From the human T2T-CHM13v2.0 reference genome, Homo sapiens, in NCBI RefSeq assembly GCF_009914755.1, contig NC_060948.1: 64,000 nucleotides of DNA. One strand, written 5' to 3'. Under the pieces are notes generated by a model. The model did not search any database. It was not told the DNA's origin and saw only the letters and a program-made list of their open reading frames with translations. Shown piece by piece: positions 1 through 13,600 of the stretch (position 1 is its first letter; each line of letters begins with the position of its first letter). Both the position numbers and the translations under genes were made by a program.

Positions 1-307
1 TGGAATGGAATGGAATACCCTTGAATTAAATGGACTGGAATGGAATGGACTCGAACAGAGTGGAATGGAAAGTGTTGAAATAGAATGGAATGGACTCGTT
101 TGGAATGGTCTAGTATGCAATGCAATCGACTGGCAGGGAATCAAAAGGAATGTAATCGAATGGATTGGACTGGAATGCAATGGACTCGAATAGATTGGAA
201 ACGGAAAGCAAAGGAATGGAATGGAATAGTATGGAATGGAATGCAAAGGAATGGAGTGGAATAGACTAGAGTGGAATGGAATGGACTGGAAAGCAATGGA
301 CTGGAAT

Positions 308-322
308 GGAACTTTCTTGAAT
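308..322. promoter_or_regulatory. Perfect heat-shock element motif 1, gGAActTTCttGAAt (recurs in all 19 unit starts)
   Basis: Exact match to nGAAnnTTCnnGAAn. The motif is seen in the sequence; binding is not demonstrated here. Confidence 0.6.
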
Positions 323-457
323 GGACTGGAATCAAACGGAATGGAATGCAATGCAATCAAATGGCATGGAATAAAATAGAATGAAAGAGAATCAAATGGA
401 ATTGAATCGAATGGAATCGAATGGATTGGAAAGGAATAGAATGGAATGGAATGGAAT

Positions 458-464
458 TGACTCA
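458..464. promoter_or_regulatory. AP-1 consensus TGACTCA, one per unit
   Basis: 'gaattgactcaaatgg' is seen in all 18 full units. Motif match only. Confidence 0.35.
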
Positions 465-2033
465 AATGGAATGGACTAGAATGGAATGGATTCGAATGGA
501 AGGCAAAGGAATGGAATCTATTGGAATGGACTGTAATGGAATGGAATGGAAGGGATTGTAATGGACTCGAATGGAATGGACTGCAGTAGAAAGGATTCGA
601 ATGGAATGAAAAAGAATTGAATGGAATAGAACAGAATGGAATCAAATCGAATGAAATGGAATGGAATAGAAAGGAATGGAATGAAATGGAATGGAAAGGA
701 TTCGAATGGAATGCAATCGAATGGAATGAAATCGAATGGAATGGAATCGAACGGAATGGAATAAAATGGAAGAAAACTGGCAAGAAATGGAATCGAAATG
801 AATGGAGTGTTACGGAACGGACTCAAAAGGAATTGAATGTAATAGAATGGAGTGGAGTGGACTCGAATATAATGGACTAGAATGGAATGAAATCACATGG
901 AATGGGAACGAATGGAATGGAATGGAAAGGAATGGAATCGAATGGAAAGGAATCGAATGGAAGGGAATGAAATTGAATCAACAGGAATGGAAGGGAGTAG
1001 AATAGACGGTAATGGAATGGACTCGAATAGAATGGACACGAATGCTCAAATTGAATGGACTCGAATGGAATGGCAACGAAAGGAATGTCATCGAATGGAA
1101 TTGAATCGTTGGAATGAAATCACATAGAATGGAGTGGAATCAAATGGAATTGAATCGAAAGGAAAGGAAGCGAATGGACTGAAATGAAATGGAATGGAAT
1201 TGAATGGAAATTAATGCAATGGAATAGAATGGAACGAAATTTCACGGAATGGAATCAAACTGAATGGAATCAAATCAATGGAATATAATCAAATGGAATG
1301 GAAAGGAATTGAATGGAGTAGATTGGATTGGATGGGATTGGAATGAAATGTACTGGAAAGGACTCGAATTTCATGAAACGGAATGGAATGAATTAGAACG
1401 GAATGGACTCGAATGGAATGGAATGTCATGGAATGGCATCAAATGGAATGGAATCGAATGCAATGGAATGCTTTGGAATGGAATGGAATGCATTGGAATG
1501 GAATGTCCTCTAATGGAATGTATTCGAGTGGAATGGAATCGAATATAATGGAGTCTAATGAAATGGAATTGAAAGGAATGGGACCGAATACAATGGAATA
1601 TACTGGAATGTAATGTAATGAACTCGAATGTAATTGACTGGAATGGAATGTACATGAATGGAATGTAATCGAATGGAAAGCAATCCAATGGAATAGAATC
1701 TAATGCAATAAAATCGACTCAAATAGAGTAGAATGTAATGGAATGGAGTGCAGTGCAATGGAATGGAATGGAATGGAATGCAATGGAATGGAATGGAATG
1801 GAATGGGATGGAATGGTATGGAATGGATAGTAATGGACTGGAGTGAAATGGACTGGAAAAGAATGGACTCAAATTGAAAGGGCTCGAAAGGAATGGAGTC
1901 AAATGGAATGGTCTGGAATGGAATGAACACGAATGTAATGCAATCCAATAGAATGGAATCGAATGGCATGGAATATAAAGAAATGGAATCGAAGAGAATG
2001 GAAACAAATGGAATGGAATTGAATGGAATGGAA

Positions 2034-2187
2034 TTGAATGGAATGGGAACGAATGGAGTGAAATTGTATGCAGTAGAAGAGAATAGAATGGAATGCAAGC
2101 GAAAGGAAAGGAATGGATTGGAATGGAATGGAATTCATTGGAATGGAAGGGAATGTAGTGTAATGGACAGGCCTGGAATAAAGTGGA
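2034..2187. other. Y1.1/Y1.2 DYZ1 sex-typing PCR target (154 bp), repeated per unit
   Basis: TTGAATGGAATGGGAACGAATGG at 2034-2056 and GGACAGGCCTGGAATAAAGTGGA (reverse complement of TCCACTTTATTCCAGGCCTGTCC) at 2165-2187. Primer identities are recalled from memory, not searched. Confidence 0.85.
2131..2174. other. Unit-defining restriction landmarks: EcoRI GAATTC (2131-2136) and StuI/HaeIII AGGCCT (2169-2174)
   Basis: Read directly from the sequence; they recur at the same offset in each unit (e.g. AGGCCT at 5713). Confidence 0.9.
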
Positions 2188-2544
2188 ATGCTACGGTCTC
2201 GAATGGAATAAAAATGTATGGAACGGAATGCAATGAAACGGAATCGAATGTCATAGAATGTAATGGAATGCAAAAAAATGGACTCCAAAATCATTGACTG
2301 GAAAGGCTGGGTGTCGAAAGGAATTGACTCCAATGGAATGGAATCGAATGGAATGGAAGTGAATAGAATCGAACTAAATCGAATGGAATGGAATTGATAG
2401 GAACGGAATGGAAAGGAATGCAATGATTTGGCATGGAATGGAATCGAATGGCATCGAATGGAATGGAATGGAATGCAATGGAATGGAATGTATTAGAATG
2501 TAATGAACTTTAATGGAATGTACTCGAATGGATTCGACTGGAAT

Positions 2545-2559
2545 GGAATGTTCTCGAAG
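2545..2559. promoter_or_regulatory. Perfect heat-shock element motif 2, gGAAtgTTCtcGAAg (18/18 units)
   Basis: Exact match to nGAAnnTTCnnGAAn. The variant TTCtgGAA in D, E, H, the chimera and D'' still fits the consensus. Confidence 0.6.
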
Positions 2560-2814
2560 TGAATGGACTCCAATGGAATGGATTCGAAAGGAATGGAATC
2601 TAATGGAATGGAATTAAATGGAAATGAATCAAATTGAATAGAACGGAATTGAATTGAATGGAATCGAATGCAATGGAATCTAATGAAACGGAAAGGAAAG
2701 GAATGGAATGGATTGGAATGGAATGGGCTGGAATGGAATGGAATCGAAACGAATGGAATGGAATCGAACTGAAGAGACTGGAATGGAATGCACTGGAATG
2801 GAAGGGAATGTAAT

Positions 2815-2829
2815 GGAAGGTTCTCGAAA
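2815..2829. promoter_or_regulatory. Perfect heat-shock element motif 3, gGAAggTTCtcGAAa (17/18 units)
   Basis: Exact match to nGAAnnTTCnnGAAn. Broken only in unit G (24017-24031, TTCtcAAG). Confidence 0.6.
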
Positions 2830-3548
2830 AAAATGGAATCGAAAGGAATGGAATTGAATGGAACGGAATAGAGTCGAATGGAATTGAATGGAATGGAATG
2901 GACTAGAGTGAAATGGAATCGAACCACAAGGAATGGACAGGAATAGAATGGTCTCGAATTGAATGGAATCGTATGGAATGGCATCAAACGGAATGGAATG
3001 GACAGCCACGGAATGGAATGGACACCCACGGAATGGAATGCACTCGAATGCAATGGAGTCGACACTAATGGACTGGAATAGAATGGACTCGACTGGTACG
3101 GACTCCAATGGAATGGAATCGAATGGAAGGGAATCGAAAGGAATGGACTCGAAGGGAAAAGACTGCAATGGAAAGGTCTCGAATGGAATGGAAATTAATG
3201 GAATGGAATGGAATCGAATGAAATGGAGTCAAAAGGAATGGAATCGAATGGCAAGAAATCGAATGTAATGGAATCGCAAGGAATTGATGTGAACGGAACG
3301 GAATGGAATGGAATCCAAAGGAATGGAATAGAATGGAATGGAATCGAATGGAAAGGACTCGAATGGAAATCACTCGAATAGAATGCAATTTAATAAAATA
3401 GGATCAAATGTAATGGAATGGAATGGAAAGGAATCGAAACGAAAGGAATGGAGACAGATGGAATGGAATGGAACAGAGAGCAATGGTATAGAATGGAATG
3501 GAATCATCTGGAATGGAATTGAATGGAATGGAATAATATGAAATGGAA

Positions 3549-6500
3549 TGGAATGGAATGGAATGCCCTTGAATTAAATGGACTGGAATGCAATGGACTC
3601 GAACAGAGTGGAATGGAAAGTGTTGAAATAGAATGGAATGGACTCGTTTGGAATGGTCTAGTATGCAATGCAATCGACTGGCAGGGAATCAAAAGGAATG
3701 TAATCGAATGGATTGGACTGGAATGCAATGGACTCGAATAGATTGGAAGCGGAAAGCAAAGGAATGGAATGGAATAGTATGGAATGGAATGCAAAGGAAT
3801 GGAGTGGAATAGACTAGAGTGGAATGGAATGGACTCGAAAGCAATGGACTGGAATGGAACTTTCTTGAATGGACTGGAATCAAACGGAATGGAATGCAAT
3901 GCAATCAAATGGCATGGAATAAAATAGAATGAAAGAGAATCAAATGGAATTGAATCGAATGGAATCGAATGGATTGGAAAGGAATAGAATGGAATGGAAT
4001 GGAATTGACTCAAATGGAATGGACTAGAATGGAATGGATTCGAATGGAAGGCAAAGGAATGGAATCTATTGGAATGGACTGTAATGGAATGGAATGGAAG
4101 GGATTGGAATGGACTCGAATGGAATGCGCTGCAATAGAAAGGATTCGAATGGAATGAAAAAGAATTGAATGGAATAGAACAGAATGGAATCAAATCGAAT
4201 GAAATGGAATGGAATAGAAAGGAATGCAATGAAATGGAATGGAAAGGATTCCAATGGAATGCAATCGAATGGAATGAAATCGATTGGAATGGAATCGAAC
4301 GGAATGGAATAAAATGGAAGAAAACTGGCAAGAAATGGAGTCGAAATGAATGGAGTGTTATGGAACGGACTCAAAAGGAATTGAATGTAATAGAATGGAG
4401 TGGAGTGGACTCGAATATAATGGACTGGAGTGGAATGAAATCACATGGAATGGGAACGAATGGAATGGAATGGAAAGGAATGGAATCGAATGGAAAGGAA
4501 TCGAATGGAAGGGAATGAAATTGAATCAACAGGAATGGAAGGGAGTAGAATCGACGGTAATGGAATGGACTCGAATAGAATGGACACGAATGCTCAAATT
4601 GAATGGACTCGAATGGAATGGAAACGAAAGGAATGTCATCGAATGGAATTGAATCGATTGGAATGAAATCACATAGAATGGAGTGGAATCAAATGGAATT
4701 GAATCGAAAGGAAAGGAAGCGAATGGACTGAAATGAAATGGAATGGAATTGAATGGAAATTAATGCAATGGAATAGAATGGAACGAAATTTCACGGAATG
4801 GAATCAAACTGAATGGAATCAAATCAATGGAATATAATCAAATGGAATGGAAAGGAATTGAATGGAGTAGATTGGATTGGATGGGATTGGAATGAAATGT
4901 ACTGGAAAGGACTCGAATTTCATGAAACGGAATGGAATGAATTAGAACGGAATGGACTCGAATGGAATGGAATGTCATGGAATGGCATCAAATGGAATGG
5001 AATCGAATGCGATGGAATGCTATGGAATGGAATGGAATGCATTGGAATGGAATGTCCTCTAATGGAATGGATTCGAGTGGAATGGAATCGAATATAATGG
5101 AGTCTAATGAAATAGAATTGAAAGGAATGGGACCGAATACAATGGAATATACTGGAATGTAATGTAATGAACTCGAATGTAATTGACTGGAATGGAATGT
5201 ACGTGAATGGAATGTAATCGAATGGAAAGCAATCCAATGGAATAGAATCTAATGCAATAAAATCGAGTCAAATAGAGTAGAATGTAATGGAATGGAGTGC
5301 AGTGCAATGGAATGGAATGGAATGGAATGCAATGGAATGGAATGGAATGGGATGGAATGGTATGGAATGGATAGTAATGGACTGGAGTGAAATGGACTGG
5401 AAAAGAATGGACTCAAATTGAAAGGGCTCGAAAGGAATGGAGTCAAATGGAATGGTCTGGAATGGAATGAACACGAATGTAATGCAATCCAATAGAATGG
5501 AATCGAATGGCATGGAATATAAAGAAATGGAATCGAAGAGAATGGAAACAAATGGAATGGAATTGAATGGAATGGAATTGAATGGAATGAGAACGAATGG
5601 AGTGAAATTGTATGCAGTAGAAGAGAATAGAATGGAATGCAAGCGAAAGGAAAGGAATGGATTGGAATGGAATGGAATTCATTGGAATGGAAGGGAATGT
5701 AGTGTAATGGACAGGCCTGGAATAAAGTGGAATGCTACGGTCTCGAATGGAATAAAAATGTATGGAATGGAATGCAATGAAACGGAATCGAATGTCATAG
5801 AATGTAATGGAATGCAAAAAAATGGAATCCAAAATCATTGACTGGAAAGGCTGGGTGTCGAAAGGAATTGACTCCAATGGAATGGAATCGAATGGAATGG
5901 AAGTGAATAGAATCGAACTAAATCGAATGGAATGGAATTGATAGGAACGGAATGGAAAGGAATGCAATGATTTGGCATGGAATGGAATCGAATGGCATCG
6001 AATGGAATGGAATGGAATGCAATGGAATGGAATGTATTAGAATGTAATGAACTTTAATGGAATGTACTCGAATGGATTCGACTGGAATGGAATGTTCTCG
6101 AAGTGAACGGACTCCAATGGAATGGATTCGAAAGGAATGGAAACTAATGGAATGGAATTAAACGGAAATGAATCAAATAGAATAGAACGGAATTGAATTG
6201 AATGGAATCGAATGCAATGGAATCTAATGAAACGGAAAGGAATGGAATGGAATGGGCTGGAATGGAATGGAATCGAAACGAATGGAATGGAATCGAACTG
6301 AAGAGACTGGAATGGAATGCACTGGAATGGAAGGGAATGTAATGGAAGGTTCTCGAAAAAAATGGAATCGAAAGGAATGGAATTGAATGGAACGGAATAG
6401 AGTCGAATGGAATTCAATGGAATGGAATGGACTAGAGTGAAATGGAATCGAACCACAAGGAATGGACAGGAATAGAATGGTCTCGAATTGAATGGAATCG

Positions 6501-7077
6501 TATGGAATGGCATCAAACGGAATGGAATGGACAGCCACGGAATGGAATGGACACCCACGGAATGGAATGCACTCGAATGCAATGGAGTCGACACTAATGG
6601 ACTGGAATAGAATGGACTCGACTGGTACGGACTCCAATGGAATGGAATCGAATGGAAGGGAATCGAAAGGAATGGACTCGAAGGGAAAAAACTGCAATGG
6701 AAAGGTCTCCAATGGAATGGAAATTAATGGAATGGAATGGAATCGAATGAAATGGAGTCAAAAGGAATGGAATCGAATGGCAAGAAATCGAATGTAATGG
6801 AATCGCAAGGAATTGATGTGAACGGAACGGAATGGAATGGAATCCAAAGGAATGGAATAGAATGGAATGGAATCGAATGGAAAGGACTCGAATGGAAATC
6901 ACTCGAATAGAATGCAATTTAATAAAATAGGATCAAATGTAATGGAATGGAATGGAAAGGAATCGAAACGAAAGGAATGGAGACAGATGGAATGGAATGG
7001 AACAGAGAGCAATGGTATAGAATGGAATGGAATCATCTGGAATGGAATTGAATGGAATGGAATAATATGAAATGGAA
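3549..7077 (+). repeat. DYZ1 unit B (3,529 bp)
   Basis: Markers 'gaagcgg', 'gcgctgcaat', 'gattccaatgg', 'gtacgtg', 'atgagaacg', 'gggaaaaaactgc'. Confidence 0.9.
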
Positions 7078-10000
7078 TGGAATGGAATGGAATGCCCTTG
7101 AATAAAATGGACTGGAATGCAATGGACTCGAACAGAGTGGAATGGAAAGTGTTGAAATAGAATGGAATGGACTCGTTTGGAATGGTCTAGTATGCAATGC
7201 AATCGACTGGCAGGGAATCAAAAGGAATGTAATCGAATGGATTGGACTGGAATGCAATGGACTCGAATAGATTGGAAACGGAAAGCAAAGGAATGGAATG
7301 GAATAGTATGGAATGGAATGCAAAGGAATGGAGTGGAATAGACTAGAGTGGAATGGAATGGACTCGAAAGCAATGGACTGGAATGGAACTTTCTTGAATG
7401 GACTGGAATCAAACGGAATGGAATGCAATGCAATCAAATGGCATGGAATAAAATAGAATGAAAGAGAATCAAATGGAATTGAATCGAATGGAATCGAATG
7501 GATTGGAAAGGAATAGAATGGAATGGAATGGAATTGACTCAAATGGAATGGACTAGAATGGAATGGATTCGAATGGAAGGCAAAGGAATGGAATCTATTG
7601 GAATGGACTGTAATGGAATGGAATGGAAGGGATTGGAATGGACTCGAATGGAATGGACTGCAGTAGAAAGGATTCGAATGGAATGAAAAAGAATTGAATG
7701 GAATAGAACAGAATGGAATCAAATCGAATGAAATGGAATGGAATAGAAAGGAATGGAATGAAATGGAATGGAAAGGATTCGAATGGAATGCAATCGAATG
7801 GAATGCAATCGAATGGAATGGAATCGAACGGAATGGAATAAAATGGAAGAAAACTGGCAAGAAATGGAATCGAAATGAATGGAGTGTTATGGAACGGACT
7901 CAAAAGGAATTGAATGTAATAGAATGGAGTGGAGTGGACTCGAATATAATGGACTGGAATGGAATGAAATCACATGGAATGGGAACGAATGGAATGGAAT
8001 GGAAAGGAATGGAATCGAATGCAAAGGAATCGAATGGAAGGGAATGAAATTGAATCAACAGGAATGGAAGGGAGTAGAATAGACGGTAATGGAATGGACT
8101 CGAATAGAATGGACACGAATGCTCAAATTGAATGGACTCGAATGGAATGGAAACGAAAGGAATGTCATCGAATGGAATTGAATCGATTGGAATGAAATCA
8201 CATAGAATGGAGTGGAATCAAATGGAATTGAATCGAAAGGAAAGGAAGCGAATGGACTGAAATGAAATGGAATGGAATTGAATGGAAATTAATTCAATGG
8301 AATAGAATGGAACGAAATTTCACGGAATGGAATCAAACTGAATGGAATCAAATCAATGGAATATAATCAAATGGAATGGAAAGGAATTGAATGGAGTAGA
8401 TTGAATTGGATGGGATTGGAATGAAATGTACTGGAAAGGACTCGAATTTCATGAAACGGAATGGAATGAATTAGAACGGAATGGACTCGAATGGAATGGA
8501 ATGTCATGGAATGGCATCAAATGGAATGGAATCGAATGCGATGGAATGCTATGGAATGGAATGGAATGCATTGGAATGGAATGTCCTCTAATGGAATGTA
8601 TTCGAGTGGAATGGAATCGAATATAATGGAGTCTAATGAAATGGAATTGAAAGGAATGGGACCGAATACAATGGAATATACTGGAATGTAATGTAATGAA
8701 CTCGAATGTAATTGACTGGAATGGAATGTACATGAATGGAATGTAATCGAATGGAAAGCAATCCAATGGAATAGAATCTAATGCAATAAAATCGACTCAA
8801 ATAGAGTAGAATGTAATGGAATGGAGTGCAGTGCAATGGAATGGAATGGAATGGAATGCAATGGAATGGAATGGAATGGAATGGGATGGAATGGTATGGA
8901 ATGGATAGTAATGGACTGGAGTGAAATGGACTGGAAAAGAATGGACTCAAATTGAAAGGGCTCGAAAGGAATGGAGTCAAATGGAATGGTCTGGAATGGA
9001 ATGAACACGAATGTAATGCAATCCAATAGAATGGAATCGAATGGCATGGAATATAAAGAAATGGAATCGAAGAGAATGGAAACAAATGGAATGGAATTGA
9101 ATGGAATGGAATTGAATGGAATGGGAACGAATGGAGTGAAATTGTATGCAGTAGAAGAGAATAGAATGGAATGCAAGCGAAAGGAAAGGAATGGATTGGA
9201 ATGGAATGGAATTCATTGGAATGGAAGGGAATGTAGTGTAATGGACAGGCCTGGAATAAAGTGGAATGCTACGGTCTCGAATGGAATAAAAATGTATGGA
9301 ACGGAATGCAATGAAACGGAATCGAATGTCATAGAATGTAATGGAATGCAAAAAAATGGACTCCAAAATCATTGACTGGAAAGGCTGGGTGTCGAAAGGA
9401 ATTGACTCCAATGGAATGGAATCGAATGGAATGGAAGTGAATAGAATCGAACTAAATCGAATGGAATGGAATTGATAGGAACGGAATGGAAAGGAATGCA
9501 ATGATTTGGCATGGAATGGAATCGAATGGCATCGAATGGAATGGAATGGAATGCAATGGAATGGAATGTATTAGAATGTAATGAACTTTAATGGAATGTA
9601 CTCGAATGGATTCGACTGGAATGGAATGTTCTCGAAGTGAATGGACTCCAATGGAATGGATTCGAAAGGAATGGAATCTAATGGAATGGAATTAAATGGA
9701 AATGAATCAAATTGAATAGAACGGAATTGAATTGAATGGAATCGAATGCAATGGAATCTAATGAAACGGAAAGGAAAGGAATGGAATGGATTGGAATGGA
9801 ATGGGCTGGAATGGAATGGAATCGAAACGAATGGAATGGAATCGAACTGAAGAGACTGGAATGGAATGCACTGGAATGGAAGGGAATGTAATGGAAGGTT
9901 CTCGAAAAAAATGGAATCGAAAGGAATGGAATTGAATGGAACGGAATAGAGTCGAATGGAATTGAATGGAATGGAATGGACTAGAGTGAAATGGAATCGA

Positions 10001-10626
10001 ACCACAAGGAATGGACAGGAATAGAATGGTCTCGAATTGAATGGAATCGTATGGAATGGCATCAAACGGAATGGAATGGACAGCCACGGAATGGAATGGA
10101 CACCCACGGAATGGAATGCACTCGAATGCAATGGAGTCGACACTAATGGACTGGAATAGAATGGACTCGACTGGTACGGACTCCAATGGAATGGAATCGA
10201 ATGGAAGGGAATCGAAAGGAATGGACTCGAAGGGAAAAGACTGCAATGGAAAGGTCTCCAATGGAATGGAAATTAATGGAATGGAATGGAATCGAATGAA
10301 ATGGAGTCAAAAGGAATGGAATCGAATGGCAAGAAATCGAATGTAATGGAATCGCAAGGAATTGATGTGAACGGAACGGAATGGAATGGAATCCAAAGGA
10401 ATGGAATAGAATGGAATGGAATCGAATGGAAAGGACTCGAATGGAAATCACTCGAATAGAATGCAATTTAATAAAATAGGATCAAATGTAATGGAATGGA
10501 ATGGAAAGGAATCGAAACGAAAGGAATGGAGACAGATGGAATGGAATGGAACAGAGAGCAATGGTATAGAATGGAATGGAATCATCTGGAATGGAATTGA
10601 ATGGAATGGAATAATATGAAATGGAA
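7078..10626 (+). repeat. DYZ1 unit C (3,549 bp)
   Basis: Markers 'gaatgcaaagg' (~8020), 'ttaattcaatgg' (~8290), 'gtagattgaattgg' (~8400). Confidence 0.9.
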
Positions 10627-13600
10627 TGGAATGGAATGGAATGCCCTTGAATTAAATGGACTGGAATGCAATGGACTCGAACAGAGTGGAATGGAATGTG
10701 TTGAAATAGAATGGAATGGACTCGTTTGGAATGGTCTAGTATGCAATGCAATCGACTGGCAGGGAATCAAAAGGAATGTAATCGAATGGATTGGACTGGA
10801 ATGCAATGGACTCGAATAGATTGGAAGCAGAAAGCAAAGGAATGGAATGGAATAGTATGGAATGGAATGCAAAGGAATGGAGTGGAATAGACTAGAGTGG
10901 AATGGAATGGACTCGAAAGCAATGGACTGGAATGGAACTTTCTTGAATGGACTGGAATCAAACGGAATGGAATGCAATGCAATCAAATGGCATGGAATAA
11001 AATAGAATGAAAGAGAATCAAATGGAATTGAATCGAATGGAATCGAATGGATTGGAAAGGAATAGAATGGAATGGAATGGAATTGACTCAAATGGAATGG
11101 ACTAGAATGGAATGGATTCGAATGGAAGGCAAAGGAATGGAATCTATTGGAATGGACTGTAATGGAATGGAATGGAAGGGATTGGAATGGACTCGAATGG
11201 AATGCGCTGCAATAGAAAGGATTCGAATGGAATGAAAAAGAATTGAATGGAATAGAACAGAATGGAATCAAATCGAATGAAATGGAATGGAATAGAAAGG
11301 AATGGAATGAAATGGAATGGAAAGGATTCGAATGGAATGCAATCGAATGGAATGCAATCGAATGGAATGGAATCGAACGGAATGGAATAAAATGGAAGAA
11401 AACTGGCAAGAAATGGAGTCGAAATGAATGGAGTGTTATGGAACGGACTCAAAAGGAATTGAATGTAATAGAATGGAGTGGAGTGGACTCGAATATAATG
11501 GACTGGAGTGGAATGAAATCACATGGAATGGGAACGAATGGAATGGAATGGAAAGGAATGGAATCGAATGGAAAGGAATCGAATGGAAGGGAATGAAATT
11601 GAATCAACAGGAATGGAAGGGAGTAGAATAGACGGTAATGGAATGGACTCGAATAGAATGGACACGAATGCTCAAATTGAATGGACTCGAATGGAATGGA
11701 AACGAAAGGAATGTCATCGAATGGAATTGAATCTATTGGAATGAAATCACATAGAATGGAGTGGAATCAAATGGAATTGAATCGAAAGGAAAGGAAGCGA
11801 ATGGACTGAAATGAAATGGAATGGAATTGAATGGAAATTAATGCAATGGAATAGAATGGAACGAAATTTCACGGAATGGAATCAAACTGAATGGAATCAA
11901 ATCAATGGAATATAATCAAATGGAATGGAAAGGAATTGAATGGAGTAGATTGGATTGGATGGGATTGGAATGAAATGTACTGGAAAGGACTCGAATTTCA
12001 TGAAACGGAATGGAATGAATTAGAACGGAATGGACTCGAATGGAATGGAATGTCATGGAATGGCATCAAATGGAATGGAATCGAATGCGATGGAATGCTA
12101 TGGAATGGAATGGAATGCATTGGAATGGAATGTCCTCTAATGGAATGGATTTGAGTGGAATGGAATCGAATATAATGGAGTCTAATGAAATAGAATTGAA
12201 AGGAATGGGACCGAATACAATGGAATATACTGGAATGTAATGTAATGAACTCGAATGTAATTGACTGGAATGGAATGTACATGAATGGAATGTAATCGAA
12301 TGGAAAGCAATCCAATGGAATAGAATCTAATGCAATAAAATCGACTCAAATAGAGTAGAATGTAATGGAATGGAGTGCAGTGCAATGGAATGGAATGGAA
12401 TGGAATGCAATGGAATGGAATGGAATGGAATGGGATGGAATGGTATGGAATGGATAGTAATGGACTGGAGTGAAATGGACTGGAAAAGAATGGACTCAAA
12501 TTGAAAGGGCTCGAAAGGAATGGAGTCAAATGGAATGGTCTGGAATGGAATGAACACGAATGTAATGCAATCCAATAGAATGGAATCGAATGGCATGGAA
12601 TATAAAGAAATGGAATCGAAGAGAATGGAAACAAATGGAATGGAATTGAATGGAATGGAATTGAATGGAATGGGAACGAATGGAGTGAAATTGTATGCAG
12701 TAGAAGAGAATAGAATGGAATGCAAGCGAAAGGAAAGGAATGGATTGGAATGGAATGGAATTCATTGGAATGGAAGGGAATGTAGTGTAATGGACAGGCC
12801 TGGAATAAAGTGGAATGCTACGGTCTCGAATGGAATAAAAATGTATGGAACGGAATGCAATGAAACGGAATCGAATGTCATAGAATGTAATGGAATGCAA
12901 AAAAATGGACTCCAAAATCATTGACTGGAAAGGCTGGGTGTCGAAAGGAATTGACTCCAATGGAATGGAATCGAATGGAATGGAAGTGAATAGAATCGAA
13001 CTAAATCGAATGGAATGGAATTGATAGGAACGGAATGGAAAGGAATGCAATGATTTGGCATGGAATGGAATCGAATGGCATCGAATGGAATGGAATGGAA
13101 TGCAATGGAATGGAATGTATTAGAATGTAATGAACTTTAATGGAATGTACTCGAATGGATTCGACTGGAATGGAATGTTCTGGAAGTGAATGGACTCCAA
13201 TGGAATGGATTCGAAAGGAATGGAAACTAATGGAATGGAATTAAACGGAAATGAATCAAATAGAATAGAACGGAATTGAATTGAATGGAATCGAATGCAA
13301 TGGAATCTAATGAAACGGAAAGGAATGGAATGGAATGGGCTGGAATGGAATGGAATCGAAACGAATGGAATGGAATCGAACTGAAGAGACTGGAATGGAA
13401 TGCACTGGAATGGAAGGGAATGTAATGGAAGGTTCTCGAAAAAAATGGAATCGAAAGGAATGGAATTGAATGGAACGGAATAGAGTCGAATGGAATTCAA
13501 TGGAATGGAATGGACTAGAGTGAAATGGAATCGAACCACAAGGAATGGACAGGAATAGAATGGTCTCGAATTGAATGGAATCGTATGGAATGGCATCAAA

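Larger units (their letters stand above)
1..3548 (+). repeat. DYZ1 unit A (3,548 bp)
   Basis: Private markers: 'taccctt' (16), 'gggattgta' (552), 'gtgttacgg' (806), 1-bp deletion 'gaatcgttgg' (~1109), 'atgctttgg' (1468). Confidence 0.9.

Noticed and set aside
1365-1378. 'cgaatttcatgaaa' and 'cgaaatttcacgga' (~1234) as further HSEs
   Set aside because: The spacing or third repeat is wrong, so only two-repeat partial matches remain. They were not counted.
370-3397. About six AATAAA hexamers per unit as polyadenylation signals
   Set aside because: They arise readily from GGAAT followed by the AAAAT variant. There is no GU-rich downstream element and no transcript evidence in the sequence.
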